64,000 nt of DNA from Lama glama. Lineage: Eukaryota. The stretch is from positions 17,362,001-17,426,000 of the forward strand of contig CM052816.1 of NCBI GenBank assembly GCA_028534125.1, in the 5' to 3' direction. The number at the start of each line of letters is the position of its first letter. The stretch's first letter is position 1. The notes below the pieces were generated by a model. It saw nothing but the letters and a program-made list of their open reading frames with translations, was not told where the DNA came from and did not search any database. The position numbers were made by a program, and so were the translations under genes. Of this stretch, positions 1 to 12,510 are shown piece by piece.

Positions 1-138
1 CACATTGCTGGTCCTCCAATGCCCGTTGTCTCTCACCTGGGCTGTCAGTCCTTGCCTGGAGCACCTGTTGCTCAGGAACCTGCTGGGACAAGTCTTCTGC
101 CTCGACCTCAACATGCTCCTTCGGATGAACTCTTGGTG

Positions 139-216
139 TTAGCCCTGCGGCCCCACGCACCAGGGTAAGAGAGACTCTTGCTTCCTGCCCTGGCCCGAGG
201 GACCGACTGGCTGGGC
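139..216 (+). ncRNA. MIR874: microRNA-874 precursor, intronic in KLHL3 (5p arm 148-170, 3p arm 185-206)
   Basis: TTAGCCCTGCGGCCCCACGCACCAGGGTAAGAGAGACTCTTGCTTCCTGCCCTGGCCCGAGGGACCGACTGGCTGGGC matches recalled pre-miR-874. It contains mature 5p CGGCCCCACGCACCAGGGTAAGA and 3p CTGCCCTGGCCCGAGGGACCGA. MIR874 is known to lie in a KLHL3 intron. Confidence 0.96.
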
Positions 217-559
217 CTGCCTCCTGCCCAGCTCACCGGTCATGGAAGAGAGTCTGGACACACTCTACTCTTGCCTGATGCACAAAGCGTGCAAAGCCCC
301 GGTCATTCCTCTCACCCGAGTGGAGAGTCTAATGACTTGTGAGTTAGGGTTAGGGTTCTGATCCACAAGTGGGCTGGAAAGCTCCACTCTGTTCACTTGC
401 TGCCCTTTCCTTGGCTAGTCTCTGCTACCTGATGGCTCTCAGACATAGAGTGGTGGTTATTGCACGAGGAGGGACCAGCGTGCCTTCACTCCCACAGTCA
501 CACTGGTGGAATGAGAGTCATCCAAGTGAAAGAAATAGCCTTATTTATACATCTTAAAG

Positions 560-707
560 AAATTTGGGGGAGGGTTAATTAGGTTTATGTATTTATTTAA
601 CTTATTTTTTTAACGGAGGTACTGGGGATTAAACTCAGGACCTCACATTGAACCCGGACCTCATGCATGCTAATCATGCACTCCACCACTGAGCTATGCC
701 CTCCCCC
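560..707 (-). mobile_element. tRNA-derived SINE, camelid Vic-1-like
   Basis: Reverse complement reads GGGGAGGGCATAGCTCAGTGGTGGAGTGCATGATTAGCATGCATGAGGTCCGGGTTCAAT...CCCCAGTACCTCCGTTAAAAAAA. It has A-box and B-box motifs and an A-rich tail. Confidence 0.8.
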
Positions 708-2239
708 TACATACTTATTTCAAAACCATTTTGTTACGCTAGAAGTGAAATTTCCTTCCTAAGCAATCCGGTAGTCTTTCCATAGTCTCACTCATGTCTC
801 TAGAGTAAATGACCATTTGACTTTCCAAACTGAGAATGTTTTCCTTGGGAGTTGTCCGGTAGCTGTGCCCCACACCGTCCTGTCTGGAACACCAGGGTTC
901 TGTCACCCAGAACTCTCCACTCACCAGGACGCCTGCAGCCTTCCACACAGTGAGCACTGAGACGTGGGGCCAGGACACTGAGGTGCCCTGCAAGACTGCA
1001 GGGCTCCCAAGTACACTGCTCTTCTTGAATGTGATTAAGTTACATTTGCTCTAGCGTAATTATTAGCCTGGAACCAGTCCTTTAGGTTTTTTGTAATTCC
1101 TGTATGACTACTCAGGGTTCTTACTCAAGGTTACCTTGAGGGATAAATGTTAAAAATAGTGATCATTAAATAAGCTGATTTGATTCAGTAATTTCTATTA
1201 AAGACATTACATATCTGTAGTAAACTGGGATTTAGGGGTGTCAGGAAAGAAAGAAATATGCCTTGTGAACTCTTTGGGCCTGAGTTTTTCTAGAAATGTA
1301 AAATGTGGGCTTGTAAGAAAGAATAATTCAAGTCTCTTCCTGCCTTGACAGTCTGGTTTTCTTAAGTAGCTAGAGGTTTATACTTTCAGGGACGTAATAC
1401 ATGGAGACTTTGGGGAATACTCGTTTTTGTCTAATTGGTTGCTGAGATCAGGTATCTATGGAAACAACCATCCACTAGTGTTCAAGATAGGAAATGTATT
1501 CTTTTTAAGCTCCACGATTAGACAGTGATGAGTATTCCTTGTATGATGGCTTCTTGCAAGACCTGCCATAGAAATTGGATTTCTTATGCCTAGAAAAGAA
1601 GCATAAAGTACACCTACTCCTCCCTCTGCCTTGAGGGCATTTTCAGAAACCAGTGGTCTTGCCCCATGAAGCCTCATAGTTGCTCTTCGCAGATCATTCT
1701 ACAAGTTTGGAGTTTTAAAAGTTGTCTCTTACCTGTGGTTTTATGAGCTCAAAGGCAAGTTTATTTTGAAAACCTTGTCATGTATTATATTTGTCTTTCT
1801 ATTCAGGTTTTACTTGACCATTAAAAATTTTCCATTTCTGTAATATTGTTTCTGTGTTACTATGAAAATTCTCAGAGATGAGTGCAGGATTTTCTCCTAT
1901 ATGAATGTACTTCCGTACACTAGCAGAAGACAGTTCCTGGGACATGATTAAGTCCCCTGAAGCTTTGCCTTTTTTATTTACAGAAGGAGCCTGATAACTT
2001 GTGCAAAGAATGAAGAGTCTCCTGGTGGTTGAGTCAAAAGATGGGAAAGGCTCTCTCTTTCTCTTTTTGTTTGTTTTCCTCAAATTCTGTCTCCAGAATT
2101 GTAATCTGGTGTCCAACATGTCTTATTCCAAGAAAGTGACATTCTGGCCTATGTATTTTTTTTCATTTAACTGTGTATTTTTGCATTTAACTCTTTGCAT
2201 GTGGTATTTACTATTCATTTATTCTTTATTCCAGATAAA

Positions 2240-2590
2240 TATTTGAGTCATCACTTTCATCTGGTACCATAAGGCGGTAGGGTTATCTTATGATCGAGGC
2301 AGACATATTTTTTTGCCCTGGCAGGGCTCACTATCTAGAAGGGAAAACCAGGTTACCAGACAGAGCACAAAATGGGGCACTTTTCATGGGAGAACCTAAG
2401 CATTTGTGACCTCAGAGGAGGACATGTAACTTGGTTCAGAGGTCAGAGGTCAGAGGTCCTCTTGGAGGAAGTGATGTGTAGACTGAGACCTGAAAGATAA
2501 GCAAGTGTTAGAGCAGGGGGATCAGAGAGAGGGAAGTGTGTTTCAAGGAGAGGGAACAGCATGTGTGAGGGTGTTGGGTGCCTGAGGTCA
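2240..2590 (-). mobile_element. Degenerate L2 LINE fragment
   Basis: Purine-rich L2-like text (cttggaggaagtgatgtgtagactgagacctgaaagataag...gggaacagcatgtgtgag). Recognised by eye. Confidence 0.5.
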
Positions 2591-3028
2591 CTGCAGAAAG
2601 AAAACTAAAAACTGTTTTTTTTTTCTCACTTAGTCCCAAAATCAGATTTCAGAGAAAATCCTTGCAATAGTTTAATTTCATTTAACTTCATCAACTCAAA
2701 ACCAGAAGGATAGTGCAAGTTCTAGATATGTTTTGGAATGCAGGGCAAGTCATTTGGCCATGGAGAAGTAAGTTGGGCATTGTCTGAAATTTGCCAAGAG
2801 GCTGTGTTTGTTAACATCCCTCTTGAACTCTTCATGGATGCCTATCCAAGCAAAGAATTACTGATGGGAAGAAATGTAGAATTCAGCATCTCTTTGAAAA
2901 GGGCTGCTGTTTATATGAAGCAGTGGACCTTCTGAGCGGAGGAAAGTCAAACACAGAACATTTATATCTGGAGGCAACAGCAGCTTTAAGCCTTGGCAAT
3001 GTGCCTTGGGTTCCTTTGGGATGTTCTG

Positions 3029-3125
3029 TTTCTTTCTCTCTCTCTTTCTTTCCCTTCCTTCCTTTCTTTCTTTCTCTCTTTTCTTTTCTTTTCTTTTTTC
3101 TTTCCTTTTCTTTTCTTTTCTTTTC

Positions 3126-3168
<43 letters not shown>

Positions 3169-3258
3169 CTCTCTCTCTCTCTCTCTCTCTCCTTTCTTTC
3201 TTTCTTCCTTCTTTTCTCTCTTTCTCTCTTTTCCTTCCTTCTTTCTTTCCTTCCCCCT
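3029..3258. repeat. 230-bp uninterrupted polypyrimidine tract of (TTTC)n/(TTTTC)n/(CT)n
   Basis: No purine on the + strand across the interval. Confidence 0.97.
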
Positions 3259-3529
3259 ACACTAAGAAATATGTTTAAATTGCTTTCTAGGAGACATACA
3301 TGTATGTATAATTGGAAAAAATATTTCATGAAGTAACACCCTTGTTATATTTCTGTACTGTTCTGTTAAAAGTATACTGGTCCTAACCCATTAAATTGAT
3401 CTTGTGACTCACAAACGAAATGTGACCTGCAGTTTGAAAAACGTGGTGTAGTGAGCTCTCTTGGAATAGAATCTATCTCTAGAGCAGGAGAGTGGTAGGG
3501 CTGGCTTCACCTCTGTGTCCGAGGTGGAC

Positions 3530-3660
3530 TTGGGTTTCATTCCCTGTTCTGCTGCTCTTAGCTTTGTGACCTTGGACAATTTACCCATGTACTCTGAGCT
3601 TTACTTTCCTGATCTGTCAATGTGGATGAACAAATGACAACATACTTCACACAGTAACTG
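3530..3660 (+). mobile_element. MIR SINE fragment
   Basis: MIR core-like text: tagctttgtgaccttggacaatttacccatgtactctgagctttactttcctgatctgt. Confidence 0.65.
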
Positions 3661-4255
3661 GCGGTGGTAGCTACTACCTTACTTGTGGAAATAGTACTAT
3701 TAGCACTAATTTTTTCAGTTACATACATTTTCCTGCTAGCCACCACAAAGTAGTGTTTCACAATTTGTTTTCCCATACTGCAATGAATAAGTTCCCCCTA
3801 CAGTCTATACATAATATTTTTGAATTAATTTTATCTTGAAAATGCATCCAAATTGTGTACTCTATTCCAAAATATATTCAAATGTTGATATATATGTATA
3901 TATATGAACATTTTGTTTTGATACAAAATTTAGTCTCCCACCCCAAAGCCTTGGGGATACTCAGATTTCAGAAGATGCCCTGAGTGGCTGTACATACCCC
4001 ACAGCATAGCCCTGAGCAAGGACACTTGGGAAGTGTTTGGTTGCATGTCTGTGGGAAGATGCTTGTTAGACTTTTCTTGAATATTCAGCCCTGTTGGTGA
4101 TTAGGGGCACCATCTTCATGTATGTAGCTCTGTAAACTGGCATGTCACATCACCTCCAGACCCTGGACAGTGAGCATGTGGAGGTAACAGGGATTGGTGA
4201 TCTGTGAATCTGGATGTTGGGGAGACCCACCTAATGTCCACTTATCTTTCTGGAG

Positions 4256-4373
4256 GTCATGATCGTGGTTGGTGGCCAGGCACCCAAGGCGATCCGCAGC
4301 GTGGAGTGCTATGACTTCGAGGAGGACCGGTGGGACCAGATCGCTGAGCTTCCCTCCAGGAGATGCAGAGCAG
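4256..4373 (+). CDS. KLHL3: KLHL3 coding exon (human-equivalent exon 9), start of Kelch domain
   Basis: Encodes VMIVVGGQAPKAIRSVECYDFEEDRWDQIAELPSRRCRA. Acceptor ctttctggag|GTC, donor GCAG|gtgagc, 118 nt. Confidence 0.95.
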
Positions 4374-4767
4374 GTGAGCTGCACCATCTCCTGGTGTGCA
4401 GGCTGCCTTGCCCCGGCTTTTCTTTGCTCGGTCCTGAAATCACTCACTACTCCTTGTTTCCACCAACCTCTGCATTCTGGACTCCCTTCCTTCTCCTTCC
4501 CCAGCTACAGAGTTTCTAGCTGCACCTTCTGGGGTCAGTTCTTAGGTGCTTAGGGACTTCAAGCTAATCCAGGTATTTACTTGAATCAAACAAAATTAGA
4601 AAAGCAAATGTCAAGAGAAATCCAATGAGTCCCATAACAACTTACAAATATCTAAAGTTGAAGGTCACCTTCTGTGGTGAATTATTTACGTTCTCACCTT
4701 GTTCCCCTATTGTCACTCATCAACATGAGTCATGGGTCTGAGATGACCTTGGTTTCCTGTGCCTCAG

Positions 4768-4965
4768 GTGTGGTGTTCATGGCTGGCCATGTGTACGCCG
4801 TGGGCGGGTTTAATGGCTCCCTGCGTGTGCGGACAGTGGACGTGTATGATGGGGTGAAGGACCAGTGGACGTCCATCGCCAGCATGCAGGAGCGCCGCAG
4901 TACGCTGGGTGCGGCTGTGCTCAACGACCTGCTCTACGCCGTGGGGGGCTTTGATGGCAGTACTG
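4768..4965 (+). CDS. KLHL3: KLHL3 coding exon (exon 10)
   Basis: Encodes GVVFMAGHVYAVGGFNGSLRVRTVDVYDGVKDQWTSIASMQERRSTLGAAVLNDLLYAVGGFDGST. Splice sites cctcag| and G|gtaggt, 198 nt. Confidence 0.97.
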
Positions 4966-5597
4966 GTAGGTCCTGGACTCCGTCCCAACCCGTCCCAGCC
5001 TGGGACACATCCTGGTTTGCTCAGCCAGTTCTTGGGCCAACCTTCTGTACATCTGTAGCTACTGCCCCAAGAAAATACCCATCCTTCCTCCTCTCCCAGC
5101 TTGTGTGTCAGAGCCAGACCTTCTTCCACACAGAATTTGTAGCTGCCCACGTGCTGTCATTTCTAGGGCTCTAGGAAGGACCCCACACTAAGAAGAGGCC
5201 CTTTTCTCTCTTCCAGTGCCCAGGAAACCATTTACTCAGGAGATGAGACATAGAGCAAGTTCAGCTAGAGGGTGTCTCACGGCTGTGTTCTGGACCCTCC
5301 CCTGAACAGATGAGGGAGCCGAGGTTCAGCCGTGGGAAGAGACCTGGCTCAGGTCATGCAGTCTCTGTCTGTTGCCCTTTCTGCTGCCCCTCTAAAGCTT
5401 TGCAAGGCTGTGCTGCTGCAGAAGTGCCCCCTTACTCTTGGCTTTCATCTAGCTTCAAAGTTAAGAGTCAGAAGCTACTACTGGACATGGACTTGGAGAG
5501 ATTATCTTCTTTCTCCTTATATTTCCAAGTGGATGTCTGTGTAGATAGTAACTCTATAAAACTGAAATATCCTTTGGCTCCCAGTGACATGAAAAAC

Positions 5598-5660
5598 AAT
5601 ATACTGTACACCAGAAATTAACACAACATTGAAAACCAACTACACTTCAATTAAAAAATA
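5598..5660 (+). mobile_element. Short L1 3'-end fragment
   Basis: ctgtacaccagaaattaacacaacattgaaaaccaactacacttcaattaaaaaa is a typical L1 3' terminus. Confidence 0.65.
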
Positions 5661-5819
5661 TATATATGTTTTACTTCTCTGAAAAAAAAATTGGGTCTTC
5701 ACCAATCGATAACCTTTGTCAGCCTTCTCTTTGCCTCACTCATATAATTCCAGGGTCCCTAGGCCCCTCTAGAGTGGAACTTGAGAATGAAGAGACCCAA
5801 GGGTAGTGGGGCATTGTTT

Positions 5820-6180
5820 CTTTCAGGCATTGCTTTTGGCTGCTAGTAGAAAACCTGACTAAACAGTGGCTTAAACAAATGAGAGATTTTGTTTTACTCA
5901 TGAAACAAGAAGTCCAAGCTGACTTGGTCCAGTTGCTTAAGGATATGGAGGCCAAATTCTTTAAGAGTCTCTTGGCCTTATCCTCATGATCATAGGGTGG
6001 CTGTTATAGCTCCAGCCAATACATTTGTGTTCCAGGTAGCAAGAAGCAGGAAGGGGTGACACCTGTATCAGAAAAGCAAAGGCTATTTCAAAAGTCCCCA
6101 CCAGAGTTCTGCTTAGGTTGCATTGACTTGGTCACCCTCAGCTTCAAGGGAGTCTGGGAAGGCAGGTTTTTAGCTGACCA
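5820..6180. mobile_element. MaLR solo LTR (MLT1J/K-like)
   Basis: tttggctgctagtagaaaacctgactaaacagtggcttaaacaaat...cagcttcaagggagtctgggaag resembles an MLT1 LTR. Confidence 0.6.
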
Positions 6181-6517
6181 GACTCTAGAAGAAGACGGGG
6201 AAAAGAGGGTTGGAATAGGTGTTCAGTGAGGCAACCTCAGGTGTTTATTCTACTCTGTAGGTTTAACAATCGACGTTATACCCCGTCCTCTCACAACCCA
6301 CCCTCTGGGTCAGTTCTAGTGGTCCCCTCAGGCAGACGCAGTGCAGATGTGTTTCAGGGAGGTGCCATGGGCCCCACAGTGAGGCAGAGGTAGTGCTAGG
6401 TCCTGCACCCAGGTTTCCAGCCCCCAGGTCTGTGCTCTTCCCTCATCTTCACTGTCAGTTAGCACAGCAGGGTGAGGGCCGGCACCATAGCCATCTCATG
6501 GCTCTCTTGTCTCCCAG

Positions 6518-6619
6518 GCCTGGCGTCGGTGGAAGCCTACAGCTACAAGACCAACGAGTGGTTCTTCGTGGCCCCAATGAACACGCGGCGCAGCAGTGTG
6601 GGTGTGGGCGTCGTGGAGG
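6518..6619 (+). CDS. KLHL3: KLHL3 coding exon (exon 11), includes regulatory RRSS motif (S433-equivalent codon 6595-6597)
   Basis: Encodes GLASVEAYSYKTNEWFFVAPMNTRRSSVGVGVVE. Splice sites ctcccag| and G|gtgagg, 102 nt. Confidence 0.97.
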
Positions 6620-8960
6620 GTGAGGAGCAGCAGGGGTGGAGGCCCGTTCCTGCCCCGGTCCTGGACCTTCTGGTGTCCTGGCTCTGTTCCTCCTGTCACT
6701 GCTGAGTCAGGGACTAGTATCCTGATTTAGAGATGAGGAAAGTTGAGAGATAAAGCTACTGATCCAGGGCTAGAAAGTGGATGAGCTGGATTGGGGGAGT
6801 AGGAGGAGCCTAGAAGGGAAATGCTGGCCTGTCTCTTGGGCCACTTGTCTCTGTCCCGAGTTGGGGAATCCAGAGTCAGTATATAACCCAGGAGCATACC
6901 TGGAGGGGGTGAGACTTGATTGTTTAATTTTGTCCTCATGTTCATGTGTTCAGTACTATTAACAGAGCCCTAAGTGAGGTGGCACCTTTTCCCAGGTCTG
7001 ATGAGTCACTGCAGGAAGGGCAGGTTGTGGTAGAGTCCTGCTCTAGTCAGGAAAGCTGTATGGGGTGAGGCAGGAGGGAGTGGTGAGATCTGGGGCCTGG
7101 TTAGACAGTGCACTGTAGTTTGTAAATGGCTTTCATATCCAGTTTCTGATTTTGTTCCTAAAACCCTTCTGAAGGAGATAAGCAGGACTTCGATTTTCTC
7201 CATTCTCCAGAAGGGGAAGCTGAGTGCCTTGGGATCATTGATACATCCCACACTAGTAAATAGCACTTCACTCCTAACTCAGACCACTAGCCGATGCTAA
7301 CAGAGAGGAGCTTTATGAATATGTGTGAATTCAACCTATTAAAGCACAAAGTACTATTTGCACTAAAATATTAAACCTTGGAGGACAACACTGACTCGTT
7401 AGCCTGTCTTGAAGTGGGAATTTAGCTGGAATATCTGCGCATTCACACATGCACAGGCATTCTCTGTCTCTCCTGTGCACGCACAAGAGCACACACACGG
7501 GCCTCAGGGAGAGTGTAACATGCATTGAGTTAGACATTAATAGAAAGATTCTTTTCTCTGGCTGCATTTCTCAGTCCAGAGCAGTATTGTGTAAGTTAAA
7601 TTTTAATTTAAAAGCATATTATCCTAACATACTGAACAAGTCATTTTAGTGAGTGCAAGGATTTTTCCTTCTACCAAGATAAATTGTTTCTTGCAATCTC
7701 ATCCTCCTGGTGGAACAGAAATTGATTTGTCTGCCAAATGTAAGTGCTTTGTCTAGCCACCTTCCCATTTCCCCCTTGTTCCTTAGCCAGGAATATCACA
7801 CAATAGAGTAGGGGTTAAAAATAGCATATGCCTGTTAATAGACTCAAGGAGAAACCTTGAGTGGGTATTTTTTCAGCTGACGCAGAGGTGGAATGGTTGA
7901 TGGGGTTACAGGCAGTACCTTCATGGTACTAGTTTGATATATTCCCTTTGACAGAGGCTTCTGTGAGCACGTTCTGTGTGTGTGAAAGTGCTGTCTAGTG
8001 GCCATACCCTGTCGACACAGAGGACATTATGTGGATATATTTATCTTGTTCATCTTGAATTTAAAGTTCTTTTGGCTCTGGGTCACCCTGGGGCAGCAGA
8101 GAGTCCAGTGGGCAGCTTTGCTGAGAATGTCAAGGGAGGCTCTTACGTGGACTCTGCTTCCCTGTGGCCTTGCAAATACAGCTCTCCACACTGTCTCCAC
8201 AGGACCCACCTCCCTCTCATTCCCATGGTTATGCAGCTAGATGACACTGGGGAGCAAAGCGGGGGAAATCAGGATCATCTGCTACCAGCTGCCTAGAAGA
8301 ATCTCTGCTTAGGAAAAGGGGCAGTGAGGCTGGAAGATTAGGCAGGAACTCCCGACAGAGTGGAGATCTCGAGTTACAGAGACTGAGGTTACGCTCAGGA
8401 GCTTCTTGTCTTTTTGGCACCCCAGGCCTAGCTCCTCCCCAGTGCCCTAGGGTCTGACGAGTGATGGGCAGCTGGCTGGGCAGGTTTTTGCATCCAAACC
8501 GGCACACAGCACCAAGGTAGCCTGGATCCTGGAGGGGCTCTGAGTCAGGATTTTCCTTTCTCACTTAGGTTGGAGTAGAACCAGGAGGAGGTGTCCCTTT
8601 CTTCTAGAAGGGCCAGTTGAGAGGACTGTGGGGCAGAAAACAAAACCAGACTCAGTGATGGAAATAATCGTACATTTGATATGGCAAAAGTCTTGATGGG
8701 AGAGCATAGTTTTGACCTGGAGATTCTCTTTCTACCTTAAAATAATCGCAGATTTTCACATACTATTTGTGCTCTTGGTATCTCTCCGTTAAGAAAGCTC
8801 ATATTGACAAAAAAGTCTTTTGATTAAGTAACCCTGTTAGGTAGATTTGCATTTGGTAGTGTTTAATTAGTCTATAGGTAGTGTTTAAGATCCTTATTAT
8901 AACTCCAGTGTCCTTCATAGATCTGAGGCCCCAAGTGAAGTAGTTCTCTCCCCTCTTCAA

Positions 8961-8982
8961 CACACACACACACACACACACA
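8961..8982. repeat. (CA)11 microsatellite
   Basis: Direct reading. Confidence 0.95.
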
Positions 8983-9772
8983 CCACACATGAGAGACCCT
9001 CCCACTGCATTCTAAGACTACATGTCAAACCCAGATATTTGAATCTCTCTGGGAGCCTCAAGTACCAATTCCTGCCCCCTGGCCCAGCCTCACTGCCATC
9101 CCCAGGTCAAAATAATGCTCTTAGAAAACAGCTTTTATGGTATTTTTATTCTCAAAACCAATTATCATGCTTCAGGGCTCTTGTGCACAGTTCAGAGATT
9201 GCAAGGGGGTCTGCAGATAAATTCAAGCCAGCCCAGCCCAGGGTACACACAGACCACTCCATCCACATGCTCCACCTACCGGAGTTGTAGATGGACTATA
9301 AACATTGGTGAAGACAGTGTTTGGGTTCTTGTTGGGGAATATTTTTCCTTATTTGTTGTCTCCTGTTGTGAGCCTTTAGCCAGAAAGTCTGCCTGCCCGG
9401 CTGTAACTGGGGCCCTAAATTTTCCATCTCTCCAGTGCCTTGTTCTAGAGAAGATCTAATGTAGTTTAATGGTGAGAATATGTTGAGCCCCAGTGATGCA
9501 AGCTCATAGCTTCATGCTGGGTGTTTGGGGTGCTTTTTGAGAAAGAGGTTCAGTACTGCTTTGAGGAGCTCAGCACTTCAGAGGAAGTAGAAGGCAGAGG
9601 AATGAAGGATGTTTATCCTGGTCGGGGAGTGAGTGGGTGGTCTTCCTGAAAGGAATGGGCCCTAAACTCTGATGGAGGTGTAGGTGCCCCAGTAGGTTAC
9701 AGAAGAAGTTTCAGCCACACTCCAGCCCCACGCGAGTCCAAAGCACCATCCCAACCACTTTGTCTGTTCCAG

Positions 9773-9901
9773 GGAAGCTGTATGCCGTCGGGGGTTACGA
9801 CGGGGCTTCCCGCCAGTGTCTGAGCACTGTGGAGCAGTACAACCCGGCGACTAACGAGTGGGCGTACGTGGCAGACATGAGCACTCGCCGCAGTGGTGCA
9901 G
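9773..9901 (+). CDS. KLHL3: KLHL3 coding exon (exon 12)
   Basis: Encodes [43 protein letters not shown]. Splice sites ttccag| and G|gtacgg, 129 nt. Confidence 0.97.
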
Positions 9902-12339
9902 GTACGGGAGAGGGGACTCAGGGTGCAAGCTGTGTCTCATCTGCTCACAGGTCAGTCTGGAGACCAAGAGCTTGACGTCCTACCTTGTTTTCCCTCAGTC
10001 TTCTCCCCTTTCAGTGTGTATAATCCCTCTCACACCTTTGCAGCCAACACAATCACTTATAAGTTAACCGAAGTGATCTCTTTGCTGCAGAGCATATGAG
10101 ATAATAGTCCCTTCGTTGGCATCCCTTCCATTTCTGTGGCGGTGTCTGCATCTCTTGAAAGGGAAGCTTGCTGTATACCAGGTGCTGTCCCAATGAGCCC
10201 TTTCTGTGCCCCACTTTATTTAATCCTCACCACTGCCCACAGAGGTAACGTACGTGACAACGTAATTCCACCTAACAGATTTAGCCAGGAAGTCAACCAG
10301 GGGTTGCGCAATTAGCTCGAGGTCCTATCATTAGTAACTGGCAGAGTCATGCGTCCCACTCAGTCTGCCTCACTTCAACATTAGCTTTTCTGACCCCCAG
10401 TGATCAGAGTCTCATTCTTAGGAAGTAACAGGACAAGCGCGGCTGTCCTAGTCTTCTGTGGAGAAGCTACAGCTTGCTTGTCCCTGTCTTGGGAGTGGAA
10501 AGCCAAGCTATTAGTGTTCATATTTGGAGACAAACTTAGGTCCTCCCCACAACTTTTCTTCACTTTGGCCCCCTCCCCCACATGGGAAGAGAGTGACTCC
10601 CTACTTCTGGCCCACCTCCATGTCCTGTGAGAAGACCGGCAGCTGTGTGGTCCTTGGGACTTTCCAGGAAGTGGAGCAGCAGCCCCTTCTTCCCTGCTTG
10701 TCTTCCCCCATCATCTGGGGGCCCCAGGGAAGGGGTCTGGGAGGGCGGGCAGAGCTAATGGACGCGGGGCTCTGGCTCTCCGTTTCCAGTCCCCGTGGGA
10801 GTGGTGCCGTATGACCAACCTAGCTGGCGGGAAGGCAGTGTGACTTCTGGGAAGGGAAACCACAACTGCGAGTTTCCCCCCTGCAATGTTATTCCTTTAT
10901 CTTTTTTGAAGATTGAGTTGTGATCTCATTTTACACTACCAAACACATGATCATTTCCACAACATTCCTTAAAAATCATGCTGTTTTAATATATTTTTTT
11001 AAGAACCACTGTGCACTCACTGGTTAGAAGTGCAAAAACTGTTATGATTCCATTTAAGAAACATTTGTGTTTGGAAGGCTATTTTTAGGGAGCTTGTCTC
11101 TGCTGATCCTGACAGGTTGGCTCTTCAACGTGCGGCAAATGCATGGAAGTCAGGAGGGCTGGACCTTAGTTCTGGCTCTGGTGAAATGTGCTGTGTGGCC
11201 TAGGCCTGATTCCTCACTTGTGAGATGAGTGGGTTGCAGTCAGTGTTCCCTAGGGGCCAGTTCAATTCACAGAGGCCCTGAGTCTCCTCCCTGCATGGAG
11301 CTCTTTTAGGAATTTTGGTTGATAGTATTGGTTGAGTCTTCTTTGTACTTCCTGGAAATCCTCGGTGTGACTTGAGGTGTGAGAGCAAGTGTTCAAAGCC
11401 CAGGGAGGCAGGGACAGCTCAGCAGGAGCGGAGCAGCACACACTGAGATACGCAGCAGCGTCTAGAAGCGCCTGGAGCAGAAGGTGTTAGGGGGAAGCCG
11501 TGAGCACAGACCCGCCTTAGAAAAGCTCAAGTGCTTCTTGTGGACAGAGCTGCCTTTGGAGGCCATGCTGCTGTGTCTCAGCCAGGCTGCCCAGGGGTTG
11601 CTCCTGGGTGGAGATCCCTCAGGCTGCTCCTGCCTCTCCCCTGGGCTAAAAGCCCCAGAAGGTGACAAGGGTATGGCCTGAATAGTACCTGTGCCCAAGG
11701 CAGATGTGGTGACCTTGATTTAGAGGACAGTCTCTGTCCCAGAGGTGGGCTCTTTCCTTAGGTTACTGTCAGTGCTCTGGCTTCAGGCTCCCAGGGCAGC
11801 CTTTCTTCAGGGCTTCACATGCCTCGGATTTGGGGAGACCTCCCCTCCAGAGTTTGGAACCCACATACTTGTGATAGGTGTGGTGGCTCAAGGCCCCCTG
11901 TGGCTTGAGATCAAGGAAACCTGAGTAACGTTGAGGGAGGAGGCTATAGAAGGGCATTGGTGCCTCTAAGTGCCAAGAAGGCTGTTTGCTTCCTTGGCAG
12001 GTTGTGGGCCGTGCCGGCAGGTGGCCGTCTCTGGTCCCAGCCAGTGCAATCCCTGCTGCACCAGGAGGCAGGGAAGGTGAGGCAGCTTTGGAACGCACTG
12101 TATTTTATTTAAGCCAAGGCCATTTTATAGCCACTATTGATGCGACACCACCATCTGCTGTTAGTTTAGGGAAACTGCAAGGAACCAGTGGCACATCCAC
12201 ATAATTGCTGGATGTAATTTTACATATTGTGTCATTCAAACAGTGTTTGTCAAGAATGCACCATTATGCATAGGGATAGGGACCTAGACATAAGACGAAC
12301 ACAGTCCTTGTTCATATGAAGTTTATATTCCAGAAATTG

Positions 12340-12510
12340 AGTCCTTGGGTCTGAAACCTGGCTGGACATCTCAATCACCTGTGGTGTTTTCTGATCCCCA
12401 ACAAGCGTCTCTGAGAGTGAGGCTCAGAAATCTACCTTTTCAAAAACTCGCCAGCTGATTGAGCTGCAGCCTGGGCATGCAGTGGAGTGGTCCATGGGCC
12501 ACTGGAACCA
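12340..12510. mobile_element. MER5-like hAT DNA transposon remnant
   Basis: aaacctggctggacatctcaatcacctgtgg...gaggctcagaaatctacctttt...ccagctgattgagctgcagcc resembles MER5A. Confidence 0.45.

Noticed and set aside
620..707. Possible tRNA gene (also 49798-49882)
   Set aside because: Degenerate stems, an A-rich tail and SINE-type body indicate tRNA-derived SINEs.
2883..3336. K/E/R-rich and F/L/S-rich ORFs on both strands
   Set aside because: They are translations of the polypyrimidine simple repeat, not genes.
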